Shown here one piece after another: positions 23,613-35,859 of a DNA stretch of 64,000 nt (the first letter of the stretch is position 1; each line of letters begins with the position of its first letter). The notes beneath the pieces were generated by a model. It was given only the letters and a program-made list of their open reading frames with translations. It was not told the DNA's origin and ran no database searches. Location of the stretch: contig OZ296648.1 in assembly GCA_965655095.1 (NCBI GenBank), positions 103,168,001 to 103,232,000 of the forward strand, in the 5' to 3' direction. This stretch comes from Haplodiscus bocki (Eukaryota). The position numbers and the translations under genes were made by a program.

Positions 23613-25973
23613 TCATTTTTCCGGCTGAATGGAATCTTTCATTACAGATACGAGGAAAACTTCTTTCTTGGAAAAATTACATTCCGCTGGTTGCTGGTCG
23701 TCTTTCGGATTTCCTATCGGAGTTTCGTTCCTAAATCTCCACGCCACCTGGTCGTTTCTAAGAACTTCCTCCACAAAGTTTCCCATTTGGGAAGTTTTCA
23801 ATGTTTTATGCAAGAGGGACCAAAAATTCAACTTTGATTTCGTGTCTGTTGCTGAACCACCTGTTGCTTACCTGAAGCGTGACCAGATGTTAGAATCCAG
23901 GCGGTTTAAAATTTTCGAGTTTTCCTGCACTAAACGGATATGGTAACTTTTTACCGTTTCCAGTTAATTTAGAACTGCAAAGAAATCTCCAGAATAACTC
24001 AGAAGTTGTTTTCTGGCCACGCCGCACAAAGACATTCGCCAAACCCAAAAAAAATGTTTTGAAAGTGTGGCTATCTTAAGCCAGTCAGAACAATTTTGAT
24101 TGGCGAGAAGATCTATTGACTCAGAATCTCTGTTAATAAGAGTTGTATTCAATGTGCACTGCTCATTTCTTCCACCATTTAAACTAGACCACTTCTCGTT
24201 GAAAATTTCCGCAATCCCGCAGAAAAACAGGTCCCGAAGAAAAAGTCTTCAGAGCACTAATGAAAGTCTCTTTTGAATGAAAAACCAGCTTTAGGTGAAC
24301 AACTCTGTTTTGACGAAGCACTCATTGGGACCAAAATATCTCTACGAGGATCAGTCCCAGATGTTTTCCCGTAAACTGAGCCGCAAAGTTATCTCCACAT
24401 TGAGCGAAATGCCTGGATGGCGTGACTCGCTCATCAACTATCTCAGACATAAGCCGCAAAGATGGTTCACTGACAATTGGCACCACCCGACTCAACAAAT
24501 CCTGGAACAAAATTTGCAAACAACATTTCAATGTATCATTGAAACTAGCCTGAACTTTAATCAGTTTAGAGCGGGTAGTTCTTGCATCCATTAAAAGATG
24601 AATTTTGAAGATGATCTGAAATTCTTAAATGTCAATTTCAGTGTCCTAAATAGGACAATATTGCGATGTTTGGAGGTCCGTACAAATTCTTGCTCATTCT
24701 TCTTTACTTGGAACTATCCCGGAATTAAGACTTCTTGCTCAAGGGAAACCACTTGCCATATTTTAAAAGAGAGCACACTGGGTTTCAGAGGTAAGTTTAC
24801 TTAGCTACGAAATCTTCTCAGATAGCTATTGACCCAAAAAAACTAATTATCCAACGAGTTTTGAAGGTTTAGAAAAAGTCCATTTCAACAAAATGCGTCG
24901 GAATGATGACCGTAAGCCCTTTTTCCATTCTAGCTCCTCTGCAGTTTTTTGGATTGTTGAGCTTTACTGAAGATAATTCTCGCTATTATCTGGCAACTGA
25001 ATTGAACCTCTTCATCACAAGCCATTTCAGGTAAAAACAGAAACACTACTGCCTCTGGAAGTGATATGTACTAAATGTTTTAGCGATCTCAATATGATTC
25101 CCAGTACTTCCGAGGCAAAATGAGTTGAATAACTGCTACAAAAAAGGCCGCGAATGTTTTCAAAGTTCGTGTAAGCATACAGGGATAAAAAAACTGATGG
25201 TTTTGCCAATCCAAGAAAAAACATTTCTTTCAGGAGTTTTTTAATTGTGTTGAGGAACCTTGCTGCAAATTAAGCAAAACTCAGTTCCCGGCAAGGCATT
25301 GAAGTTGTTTTTGCCAGTGCTACCCAGGTCCTCACTGTTGAAATTTTCTCGTGAACGTTACAGTCCAGATCCGCATCGCTTATCTAAAAATCTGGTGTAT
25401 AGAATTTTTTTGGAGATGTCACAGAAAACACGGAGCTATTTGGTGTGCTGTAATTTTTATTACAACAGTTTTGGTTATCTCAAAGCACTTAAGTGCGGCT
25501 AATCTTATCGCAATTGAATTCAATGGTTTTCTGCACGACTGGTAAGTTCAAATAGTCCAGACAAGACTTTCAACACTAGATATAGACAACCGAGTGCAAA
25601 AATCACTGGTGTGCTGCAACCGATGGGATCTCAGCCGTCGAACGACCAGATAACAGAGTTTGTTTTCTTGGTTGATCTACTTCAGGCATCTCGAAACAGG
25701 AGGCAGAATTGTCACTGTTGTGGTTCCGGGAATAAAGCACAGTCAATCAAACTTTACGGCTTCTATACTTTCGCTATATCGGTCGAATCGAAAACGTCAC
25801 TGACAAAAACTGGAAAAATTTCCCAACGGAGAATAAGTCATCGCGAACCACTGGCATATTCAGTGAATGATAACTTGTTTGACGAATCTGCAAAGCTTTC
25901 AAAAAAACTTGATATGGTCGTAATAGAGTCTTGTTTGAAGACGCATTGGTATTGGATGTAGTACATTTCAACC
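23613..25973 (-). mobile_element. Decayed BEL/Pao pol (RT to integrase), 3' part
   Basis: RT-like CVFKQDSITT..SSNKLS, PVVRDDLFS and TDIAKV (about 25770-25960). Integrase-like ERVTPSRHFAQCGDNFAAQF, RVVHLKLV..ETFISALKTF and EIFNEKWSSLNGGRNE (about 24165-24435), matching the Pao consensus PF..G.DFAGP / RAVHLELV / IFSDNG.NF.GA. RT precedes IN. Confidence 0.75.
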
Positions 25974-26050
25974 TAGAACTTGATTTTTTTTAGTTTCCAT
26001 TGAGACCTCTTGTGCACCTAGAGACATGATTTCGTGCATGAGGTCTGCAT
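25974..26050 (+). repeat. Left copy of 77-bp target-site duplication
   Basis: Identical to 30399-30475. Confidence 0.95.
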
Positions 26051-26256
26051 CGAATCTGACCTCCGAAAAGTCCATCCAAAAGTTACAACGGAATTGAAGG
26101 TATTGCAAGCCGTTACAGACCATATTAAAGAAGTGCTATCATCCAACATCACAGTTGCCCAACAGGTGAAGAAGAAAAGAACAACCGGCCAAATCAGCGA
26201 CAGCGACAACGCTTCCAGAAAAGAAACGCAGGTAGTCCTCTAATTCGAGCTCTCTG

Positions 26257-26377
26257 ATCTCCTCAGTGCCTCGAGAGAAGGATCTCTGTTGGCGCGAGCT
26301 TGCTCAGTGCCTCGGGTCTGATCTCTGTTGGCGCGAGCTTGCTCATGCCTCGGGTTCCTGATCTCTGTTGGCGCGAG
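26257..26377 (+). repeat. About 39-bp tandem repeat (about 3 units) upstream of ORF1
   Basis: GATCTCTGTTGGCGCGAGCTTGCTCAGTGCCTCGGG repeated. Confidence 0.85.
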
Positions 26378-26412
26378 AAGAATCTCCTAGCAATTCTGAC
26401 CTCCGCCATAAT

Positions 26413-27449
26413 ATGCCGAACATCATGAGTCATAACCACAATACGAGATTGACTTCGACCAAGTACCCTTGTGGTGCATGCGCAGGTGAATGTAAAGACG
26501 GCTCGGTAGCATGTATTCTGTGCAATTCATGGTACCACGCAGGTAACTGCTCAGGATTACAATCAGGCATCTTCATGGTCATGTCAAAAACCTCTGGACT
26601 GGTGTGGCTGTGCAAATCTTGCGAAACGAAGGGTAAGGAACGGTTGTTGAAAGACGAGAAGCAAATTGACGCTAAGGTGCAGGAAACGATTGTTGCAAAG
26701 GTCATGGAAGACAAACTCGATGAGATTAGAGACACCAACATGAAGCTGATTGAAGATAAACTGTCACTTTTCCAACAAAACTTTGAAGCTAAACTTGAAA
26801 ACTTACTTTCAGAAGACCGAAAAAGCGCACAGAGCTGGTCCGAAGTTACCCAACGGAATGCTCCCTTGGTGAAATGTTTGGGAACCATCATGAAAGAGAC
26901 GATTGAGAACGAAAGACTGGAACAAGCAGATCAAGAAAAACGGGAAAAAACGTCATCCTTCATCGAGTACCTGAGAGTGACAAATCGGAGGCCAGTGCGA
27001 GAGCTGGAGATGACATCAAGTTTTTCAAACAGCTCACCGAAGTTGTACTAGGTATTGGTGACCTCAAACCAACAAAAGCAATCAGACTTGGAGCAAAGAA
27101 AACATCAAAGGACAGCGACGGTACTACTGCAGAACGAGTGAGTTCAACACCACTGAAGATTGTATTGCCTTCCAAGGAGGATCGGGACTTACTTTTCAGA
27201 AATTTGAGAAAGTTGAGAGCAGCAGACAAATCATTCGCTTCAATCAGCGTTTCATACGACCTCTCGCAAGATCTGAGGAAGCAAATCAAGTTGAAAATTG
27301 AAGAGGCCAAAAACAAAGATGGAGAGAATGCAAAAAACTACATGTACAGAATGAGAGGACCTCCGAACAGACTAGAGGTACAGAAACTGAAGCGGAAAGT
27401 GAAACTGTCAGCGGAGAGCCTAGACGATGCCTTCGTCGTCAATCCCTGA
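26413..27449 (+). pseudogene. LINE ORF1 (PHD finger + coiled coil + RRM-like region), with a 1-bp deletion in the A-run at about 26945-26950
   Basis: CGAC..C....C..C..WYHAGNC...WLCKSC. Adding one A restores REKNVILHRVPES...IRLG...PLKIVL...SISVSYDLS...RMRGPP. Confidence 0.88.
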
Positions 27450-30307
27450 CGTTTCTTTTTTCCAATACTGATGCGATGACAAACAAAAAGGAGGAAATCA
27501 GTGCAAGGCTAGTAAGTGAGAAGCCGGATGTTTTCGGCCTGATGGAAATAAAACCAAAAAAGCATGGCTTTGTGTTGGAGGAAGCAGATATCGCTTTTGA
27601 AGGATATGACGCATTCTACAGCAAACAAATTAGCAACAAGGAACATCGAGGTACAATAGTATACGTTAGGCAGGATATTGGGCTTCAGTCTAGTCGAGTT
27701 GAGATCAACGGATGCCCAGAAGACACTATTCTTGTTCAACTTTGTAACGGAAAAAAAGAAAAAATCTTGTTCGGGTGCGTCTATCGTCACTGGAATTCAG
27801 ATACCCAAGAGCAACAGGCCTTAATGAACACTCTTAGAGCTGTATCACACATGAATTTCACGCACGAAGTTATCGTAGGAGATTTCAACTTCCCGAAAAT
27901 TGATTGGTCCTTGAACTGGACACCGCTTAGTGAGAACAGTAACGAGCACTCATTCACTGAATTGGTAAGGGACTGCTTCTGGCACCAACACGTCCAATTT
28001 GCAACAAGAGGCAGAGGATCTGATGACCCTAGCATTCTTGATCTTGTCTTCACGGATGCAGATACAGAGATCGACGACATGCAGTGCCAAGTTCCTTTTG
28101 GAAAGAGTGACCATTCGGTGATTTCTTTCGAACTCTCCCAGGTGGAAAGAACACGCTGCAAAAAAGGAACAAGATGGAAGTATGCTAAGGGAGACTACGA
28201 AAGCATGCGCGAGGTACTGTCAAACAACCACTGGGTTGATGTACTCTCTACTGCCCCAAGTGTCAACGAAGCATGGAATCTTGTAAAAGAAAGAATCAGC
28301 GCAGCAGTAGAAAAGTTTGTGCCAAAAGCCATTTCCGGATCCACAGAACAGTTTTCGGTTCCCTTGGATAAAGACCTCTTACAACAAATCCGAAAGAAGA
28401 ACAGCCTCTGGAGAAAATACCTCAGAGTGAAAACAAAAACAGCTTACAACGAGTTCTGCAGAGCGAGAAATTTTATGCGGAGTCGAACAAGGTCCAAAGC
28501 TAGAGAAATTGAAGATGAAATTGCCCGGGAAGCAAAACGAAACCCGAAGAGATTTTGGACCTTTGTGAACTCAAAAGTTAAAGCCAGAACTGGCATAAGT
28601 GACCTCGTCTTGGAAGACGGAGAGGTAGTATCCTCAGACACCAGAAAGGCTGAAGTCTTGAATACCTACTTCAGCAGTGTTTTTGTAGAAGAGAAAACCC
28701 CTCCCCCGGAAATTGACGAATTTGTTGTCGACTCATACATTGAGGAGCCCCTCATAACTGAATCAGCCATCAGAAAGAAGTTGGCAGAATTAAACAGGAC
28801 AAAGTCACCGGGCTTTGACGAAATCCATCCTCATGTGCTTGCCGAACTGTCAGAAGTTTTGACTGAAACACTGCAGATCATTTTTTCAAGCACCATTGCT
28901 GAAAGCGAGCTACCCGAGGACTGGAAGGAGGCGAGGGTGACAGCACTCTTCAAGAAAGGTGACAAAAAGAAAGTGGAGAACTATCGACCGGTCAGCCTAA
29001 CATGCATCGCATGTAAAGTACTAGAAAGCATTATCAGAGATGATATCATTTCCCACATGACGTCGAACAACTTGATTTCAGATAGACAATATGGCTTCGT
29101 GAAAGGAAGATCGACGAGTCTACAATTGCTGAAAGTCTTAGAAGAGTGGACACAGATTCTTGATAGAGGAGGAGGCATTGACTGCGTTTATTGTGACTTC
29201 CAAAAAGCCTTTGATAAGGTTCCATATAGGAGACTGATGGCAACGATCTGGTCATACGGAATTCGAGGAAAGTTATACCGATGGATAGAAACTTTCCTAA
29301 CAAACAGGAAGCAACATGTGGCTGTCAACGGTCAAAAATCGTCCAAAAATCTAGTCTTGAGTGGAGTCCCGCAAGGAAGCGTTCTAGGGCCACTTCTTTT
29401 TGTGATCTTCATAAACGACCTACCTGCAGCTGTTGAGAATGAAGTATGGATGTTCGCAGATGATACAAAGATCTACCAAGAGGTGAATTGTAAGGAAGAT
29501 GGTGAATCGCTTCAAAATGACCTCTACAGGCTTGAAGATTGGAGCAAAAAATGGCTACTGCCGTTTCATCCAAAAAAGGCAAAGCTCCTAAAGTTTGGAA
29601 GAGCCAAGAAGCTTGAACGAGAGTACTACGCCGAGCGAGGGAAACTACTACCGATCTCAAGCGATAATACTGAGACGGACTTATGAGTGACATTTGACTC
29701 AGACCTGAAATTCGAAAAACACATTGTGAATAAAGTCAATAAAGCCAATCGATTGGTTGGCCTCATCAAACGGACCTTTCAATTGGATATTTTGAAGTTC
29801 AGGTTCCTCTTCCGAGGCATTGTTAGACCGCACCTAGAGTACGCCACTTCTGTATGGAACCCCACATCAGTCAAACTCCAAAACCTCATCGAGAATGTGC
29901 AAAGAAGGGCTTCAAAACGTGTACATGAGTTAAAAGACCTATCTTACGAAGAGAGACTGAAAAAACTTGACATGCCAACCTTAGCATATAGACGCTTGAG
30001 AGGAGATATGATTGAAGTCTTCAAAATGCTTACCAACAACTCTGGGTACGATCAATCTGTGACGACAAATCTGCTGACCCGTGAGGGGCACAATAGGACC
30101 AGAGGCCACGCATTGAAGCTGAAAATGAATAAAAGTCGATCTAGCCTTAGGAAGCATTTCTTCACACAGAGGGTGGTGAAAGAGTGGAACAACCTCCCTA
30201 GAGAGGTTATCGAATCCGTTAACACCACTACATTCAAATCAAGGCTGGACAAATGCTGGGAGAAAAGAAAATTCATGTTGAGACCAACTCAGATGACGTT
30301 GCAGTGA
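27446..30307 (+). pseudogene. LINE ORF2 (APE endonuclease + RT) with a single nonsense codon at 29684-29686
   Basis: Motifs GDFNFP, LDLVFT, SDH, NYRPVSLT, QYGF, DFQKAFD, GVPQGSVLGPLLF, FADDTK and RPHLEYA. DL*VTFD corresponds to the conserved DLGV (GGA>TGA), and both ORF pieces are in the same frame. Confidence 0.95.
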
Positions 30308-30398
30308 GGGCCAGTAACACTTGCAGTGAAAGAAGTCACTAGCATTGGGAGCTGTGAATAGAGGACTACCTGCTCACAGTACTGAACAGATGAACAGA

Positions 30399-30475
30399 TA
30401 GAACTTGATTTTTTTTAGTTTCCATTGAGACCTCTTGTGCACCTAGAGACATGATTTCGTGCATGAGGTCTGCAT
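30399..30475 (+). repeat. Right copy of 77-bp target-site duplication
   Basis: Identical to 25974-26050. Confidence 0.95.
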
Positions 30476-32900
30476 TTTGCCTCTTCAATTGAGTTTTCAG
30501 ATCTAGACAACGCTCAATTGCTTCGAAACTTCGCTTTTGCTAAATTCAAATTCTCAGTGAGTTATCTATTTCTTCTCAATGGCACTATCACAACAAAGCC
30601 GTTATCTATATTTTCGTGGTTTCATCAAAAGTGCTGTCCTGTTCGTTTTTAGAACGGCAAGCTTTCCGATTTCCAAAACTTGCGCAGTGTTTTACTGGTG
30701 ATTTTTTGCCGCACAAACGAGCCAAGCGTGTCCATCAAATCTTCGAAAACGTGTCCCAATGTCAAATCAACATGTTTGGAAGAGATATAGTGCGGATCAG
30801 CCGAACGAAAAATTCTCGTGTTGAGATTTGGAGTTGAAGGTTGCTGAATATTGTTACATCTTGTTGGAATTTTCCTAATTATAAGCAGACACAGTGACGG
30901 TTTTTGATTCAAGCTGGACAACAACTTTCGACACACCAGGCTTCACATCCCTCTCCATGAAATCCAATCGCGGGGTAACTTGAGCCCGGTCTGATTTCAA
31001 TTGGTTTGCAGAACTCCAAGTAGGAAAATTAGAAGTGCAGGCTACTGCAGCAGTTCGAATAAAAACCAACGACAAAAACAACGGCATTAGGAGGTATTGT
31101 ATAGCCTTTCAAAAGTTCACTTTGTTGCTCAACAAGGTAGAGTCGTGGTCTTTCGCTTCCAGCTATCTTCGGCGCATTGACATTTATAGTAGTGTCTGAT
31201 GCTTCACCTTGCAATTTTGGCAAGAGTCTCTCCGGCATCCGTTACTAGTACTGTACCCTGTTTTCAAGCGAGGGAAGCAGAACTTTAGTTAATCGTTTTC
31301 TCGGGTACCGTTCATGGACAAATAGCAAAGATGTTTCAGAACAAATGTAATGGCAATGGGCCTACTTTTGGCGGGGTGGAAAGACTGAGTCTGGTTGATA
31401 CCTCTAACAATATCTTTCTTTTTTTCTAGTTTTTTCCTTCGGGACTTCGCTGCCTCCAATGGCTGTTGCATGGCAACTTCAAAAATTTTGTAATGGATTA
31501 GTTGACTGTATCAACAGTACTCGATTGCCGCTCAAGTTCCTCAAATTTTTGTTCGGACAATTTTCAAACCAAAATTCACAACCTTTTGGGTTGATACCTA
31601 AGGCTTTGACAATCCTCTGCTTCTCGTCAAAGACGCAAATAAGACTACGCTGTCCTTCGGACAATCTTTTTTCGGAGCAAAAACTTCAAAATTGTGGTCT
31701 ATCTGTACGTTTCTTATGAAAAGTTTGCTGTCGTAGTTATCCTGAATCTGTTTCAAGGCTGCATCTTAATCCGCTACCGTTGACAATCAATTGCAAAGAA
31801 ACCCTTTTCGTTTCATCCTTCAAAGCTTTTTTGAACCTCAGGAAGTGTGGGCTAGTCACCGGAAAAGTCTTCAATTTTTTCGAAAAAACCGTGCAGTCAA
31901 ATCTTCTACTTTAGCGTATTTACATTGTTTTTCGATGATTTGAACTGACTGATGAATCTAACTGATGCAGACCTCCATTGCCATTTGTGCTTCGAATCAA
32001 CAAAACGTTCCAGTTTAATTTCCTTCCTGAAAGATATTCCTTCCTGAAAGCTTTGAAGTTTTTGACGAGAGCAAAAGATGACCTTGAAGCCGCTAGTAGT
32101 CTTTCGTTGTTGTTTTTGTCTTCTTCCGCCATTCGCTTGGATTCGAGGAGTAGTCCTTGATTTGACGGATGAGTTTCATGGTACCGTTTTTGTTTAGTTT
32201 TCAAACCTTTTAGAATGTGAGATGTTTCGCGGGAAATCCAAAGAGATAAGGACATCGATGTTTTTTTTTCTTTTAGGCACGCATTGTTGTAGAGATTCCG
32301 TTATCCGTAGAAACCAGTTATCAACAACCACTTCTACCTTCCGCCAGCAGAATGATTCGAAGCGCGTTTGTTCTAGCAAATTTTCATTTTTTTGCTCAAA
32401 ATGTGCTAAATTTCGTATCTGGGGTTTTTCCGGAGACAGATCTCGTCCCTGTCGGTAGTAAACGTGAAAACGATTGGTGTGTGAAGGGTCGGGGTAAAAT
32501 TTTTTTGGTAATTAAAGAGCGGTTCTAAAACTACATCATAAATCTTTCTAGAGGTCAGTGGGAACACTAGACTGCTAGTAGCAAAAACTTTAAAGTCAGA
32601 TTTCTGTTGTGGATTCACGTCTTCTATGATTTTTATGAATCTCTTCTGCCTTTCAGTACCTGATTCGAGAGTGCTTCATTTGATTCCAAACATGTCGCCG
32701 CCAACGACTGGTTCATTATGAACTTTCTGTCGTTTCTTCAAAAACTTGTGGAGTCGTTCAAAGTCGTCCATGGAAAAAGTGTTTTCACTGACGAATTTTA
32801 TGAGTAAACACAAACGATACATATAAAAGATTTCTTATGCAATGTTGGATAGCCAAAATGGATCCAATATCATCAGAGTCAATTTGTAGTTCATCTGAGA
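30476..32900 (-). mobile_element. Probable 5' part (gag/protease region) of the decayed BEL/Pao element interrupted by the CR1
   Basis: Continuous with 23613-25973 once the CR1 is removed. Stop-poor minus-strand fragments, but motifs are weak. Confidence 0.5.
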
Positions 32901-32919
32901 AGATTGAACTTTTTGTTAC

Positions 32920-33990
32920 AATCAAAGCTTTTCCGTGCGAGTTTGGGCCTTCCTTCGCTGATCAATTTGACAGGTATAAACTGTAGCAATATAGCGAAGG
33001 TGCCGCAATAGGAACTTTGTTTTTGACCAAGTTTTGCAAAAACATGAAACGTCGAAGTTATAGAACAGCAAAATGTTGGTGAAACTGCGTCGTTCGGTTC
33101 TAAATGGACTGGTAACTTTATAACAAAGCATCTTAGTTCACCTGTGGAGATCGCTAGTCATGTGTCGATTTTCACTCTACCAACTCTTTTATAAAAAACA
33201 TCTCTGACTTTCAAGTCGTTCGATGTCGTTCAGCCCGAATGCATCAAATTTCGCCGCTTCCTCAGAAGTTTTCTGTGAAGTTTTTGCTCCTTAAAGTTTA
33301 AACACCCCGACGAAAAAAATCGAAAAGGCTTTTCCATTGAACATTGGCCAGTAGTTTTTCAACGCGGCAGCACCTGCCAAAAATTTCCTCGCAAAATGTT
33401 TTTGATTGACTTTCACCTATAGAACCCGCGGGCGTGGTTTCTCCGGTTCGTAAGCACCCAGGCATTTGAAGGACGAATATTCTTTGGTTTCAACACCCAA
33501 AATTCCGATGGCTGCGCCCAGTTGTTGTTCTTCATGCTCTTAAATGTCCTTTCGGTTTTGAGTTTTATTAATATTTGCTATTTCATTTTTGTGCTCTGTT
33601 ATTTCCAATTTCGATTTTAAAACATCAGAGTACAACTTAGCCTTGGGTTTGCTTTCGTCAATGCTTTCAGGGTTGGCGCTGCCCACTTCCCAAGTAATCT
33701 TTCCTTCTGCAGAGTCTCGTTCATCACTGCTACGCCGTATCTGGGACCTCAACAGATGGATTTCCCAAGCATTTACTGCGCAAGAAAACAACACGGGGCA
33801 TTTTTTTCCAAGAATTTATTCGTCAATGGTATGTCCCATTCATGCGCTTCGGACCGAGTTTCGGCATTATTCACATGTTTACCAGTTGATGCCACCGTCT
33901 TGACCACAGAGTGGGTAGGCTTGGCCGGATGGAGCTTTGGGGGCTCTCCTTGCTCTCGTCTCCACAACCATTTCAAATATGAAACTATTT
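32920..33990 (-). mobile_element. Decayed 5' part of a CR1-like LINE (ORF1 relic + endonuclease start)
   Basis: ORF1-like LGAYEPEKPRPRVL and a Cys-rich N-terminus. EN start NFDVSCFCKTW corresponds to the D(V/I)..L.ETW motif. Confidence 0.6.
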
Positions 33991-35859
33991 AATTTAGCAT
34001 TTCGTGACAGCTGGTTGAACTTGTGCGAAGTTGCACTACTGAATTCTATTTCACGGTCTTCTCGTTGATTTACTTATGAATTTGACGAAAAGTTATATTC
34101 TCGAAATGAAATTTAAGGAATATGTCTTACAGACATTGCCCACCAAAAGGGAAAAAGATAGTCATGCTTTGTTGTTAAGTTCTGCATTAAGTTTTCTGAA
34201 ATCAGTTTGCAAATATGCGCGGCCTCTCGTTGCAACAGCGTCGACCAAAACTTCAATAGTTCGTTTTGGGAGGCGTTAAAAAAAGAAAAATTGACCTTTC
34301 AGCGTTCTGCTAAAAAGAAAAAAACCACGTTTTGAAGTAATGCTTTCCATTGTGTTCAACAACAAAATACTTTTTGGTATTTGTTCGGCGGTTAGAGTTC
34401 CCAATGATATGGATGAGCTCCGTGGAATGGAATTGAAGTTAAAACTTTTCTGGTTTCGATAAGATCTAAGTTTGATGAGATCAGGTTTTTAGAGATGCTG
34501 TTCTAGATAAATACTTGTCATTGAGTTTCACATTGCCATCAAGAATGTTCTCCGGGGCGGGGAATCCAAAAGATCTAAGCTTGTGTGTTTTGCGAAGATT
34601 ACGTCGAGTTGTCACCAGTTTATGTTGAGCTTCGAATTTTTCAATTTCCGTGGCGTTGATAGCTGCTCGAAAAATTGCTATTGCTCGGATAGTGCAAAAT
34701 TTCCCAATGTACAATGAGTCAATTCTTAATGAGAAAATCAAATCAATGAATGGCAAAACAGACAACACGTCAAAAGACTGCAATGTTTGGTAGAATTCAA
34801 TCAAGAAGTCAAATCATGAAAACATGTAATCTTCGAAATCTTACCTCAAGCTCCGACTTATTTATATGGTAACAACGAATGTCTCAGTTGTGAACCCTTC
34901 CCAGAGCTTTTTAGATTCATCATCAGTTTAACTCCGGATCTGCAGCGAAATCCGGTTACATTTGAGTTAAAACTTGAACAAAAAGTTCCATGGCTTCTTT
35001 ACACTTAATATTTCTGAATATCTCAAACATTTGACCGACTATGACTATCTGCAGTTTATGACTGAGCCGAATACAATCGTTCTATCATACTGTTTCCGGC
35101 ATTTAATTCTCATATTTCCTATCAAAGTCTTAAGTTTCCGGATGCAGCGTTTTAATTCATCAGGTAGCTCAAAAAAAAAGGTTTTTATGAGCTTCAGTCA
35201 CCGAAAATTTGTCTCGCGCGTTGAGCTGCGTGGACGTCTATTGGATGCGCACTACTATGGCAATTATGTGTCAGTGATTTCGCTTCGCTTCAAGTTTTTT
35301 CTTGGTTTTCAGAGCACAGTTTGGTGTCAAACATTCACTAATTTTGGTGTGAAAACTAAATTAATTTATAAACACATCCGCATGCTATCACAGATGAATC
35401 AACTATTTTAAACAATGACTGGACAATGGTGCCATCAAATTGAATTACAGCTTAAATGAGTTGGACGCAACTGCTTCTAATTAATAAGCCAGTCACCCAG
35501 TGTTTGATTAAGTTTAACTTAGTCATTGAGCGAATGGCACTGCAGCGGAGGCTCAGATGATGATTTTATTTGTCTGGTTTATGTAGTTTCTGTTTTCTCA
35601 TTATGCCTACGAGTGAACAGCTGCGGAGTATCGCGCCCCATTCCAATGACAGTTTTGTTTTCCAAGTTTTCGTGGATGGAGTTTCTTACCCACAACAGGT
35701 AAGTTGGCAAAAATTCCGTGTACTATTCATAGCAGTAATTTACCTCGGAATGTTTGAAAATTGACCAAAAATCGATGTATAACCTGCAGAAGAGGTTGTT
35801 TCCTGAGAATTTGCTAGTGTGGAATGCAATCGCTCTGAAATGCAATCGCCCCTACTCTG

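Larger units (their letters stand above)
26051..30398 (+). mobile_element. Young, nearly intact CR1-clade LINE
   Basis: PHD-finger ORF1 and EN+RT ORF2. 3' hairpin CTGTGA...TCACAG, an 8-bp tail repeat (TGAACAGA)x2, and a perfect TSD. Confidence 0.95.

Noticed and set aside
26941-26952. Programmed frameshift within CR1 ORF1
   Set aside because: The A-run is not in X XXY YYZ phase; a homopolymer deletion or sequencing error is simpler.
29684-29686. TGA readthrough or selenocysteine in ORF2
   Set aside because: It replaces the conserved Gly of DLGV, so it is an ordinary nonsense mutation.
34150-35300. Possible hAT transposase relic (NAERSIF on the minus strand)
   Set aside because: Only one weak motif, no TIRs, and a second candidate motif lies on the opposite strand.
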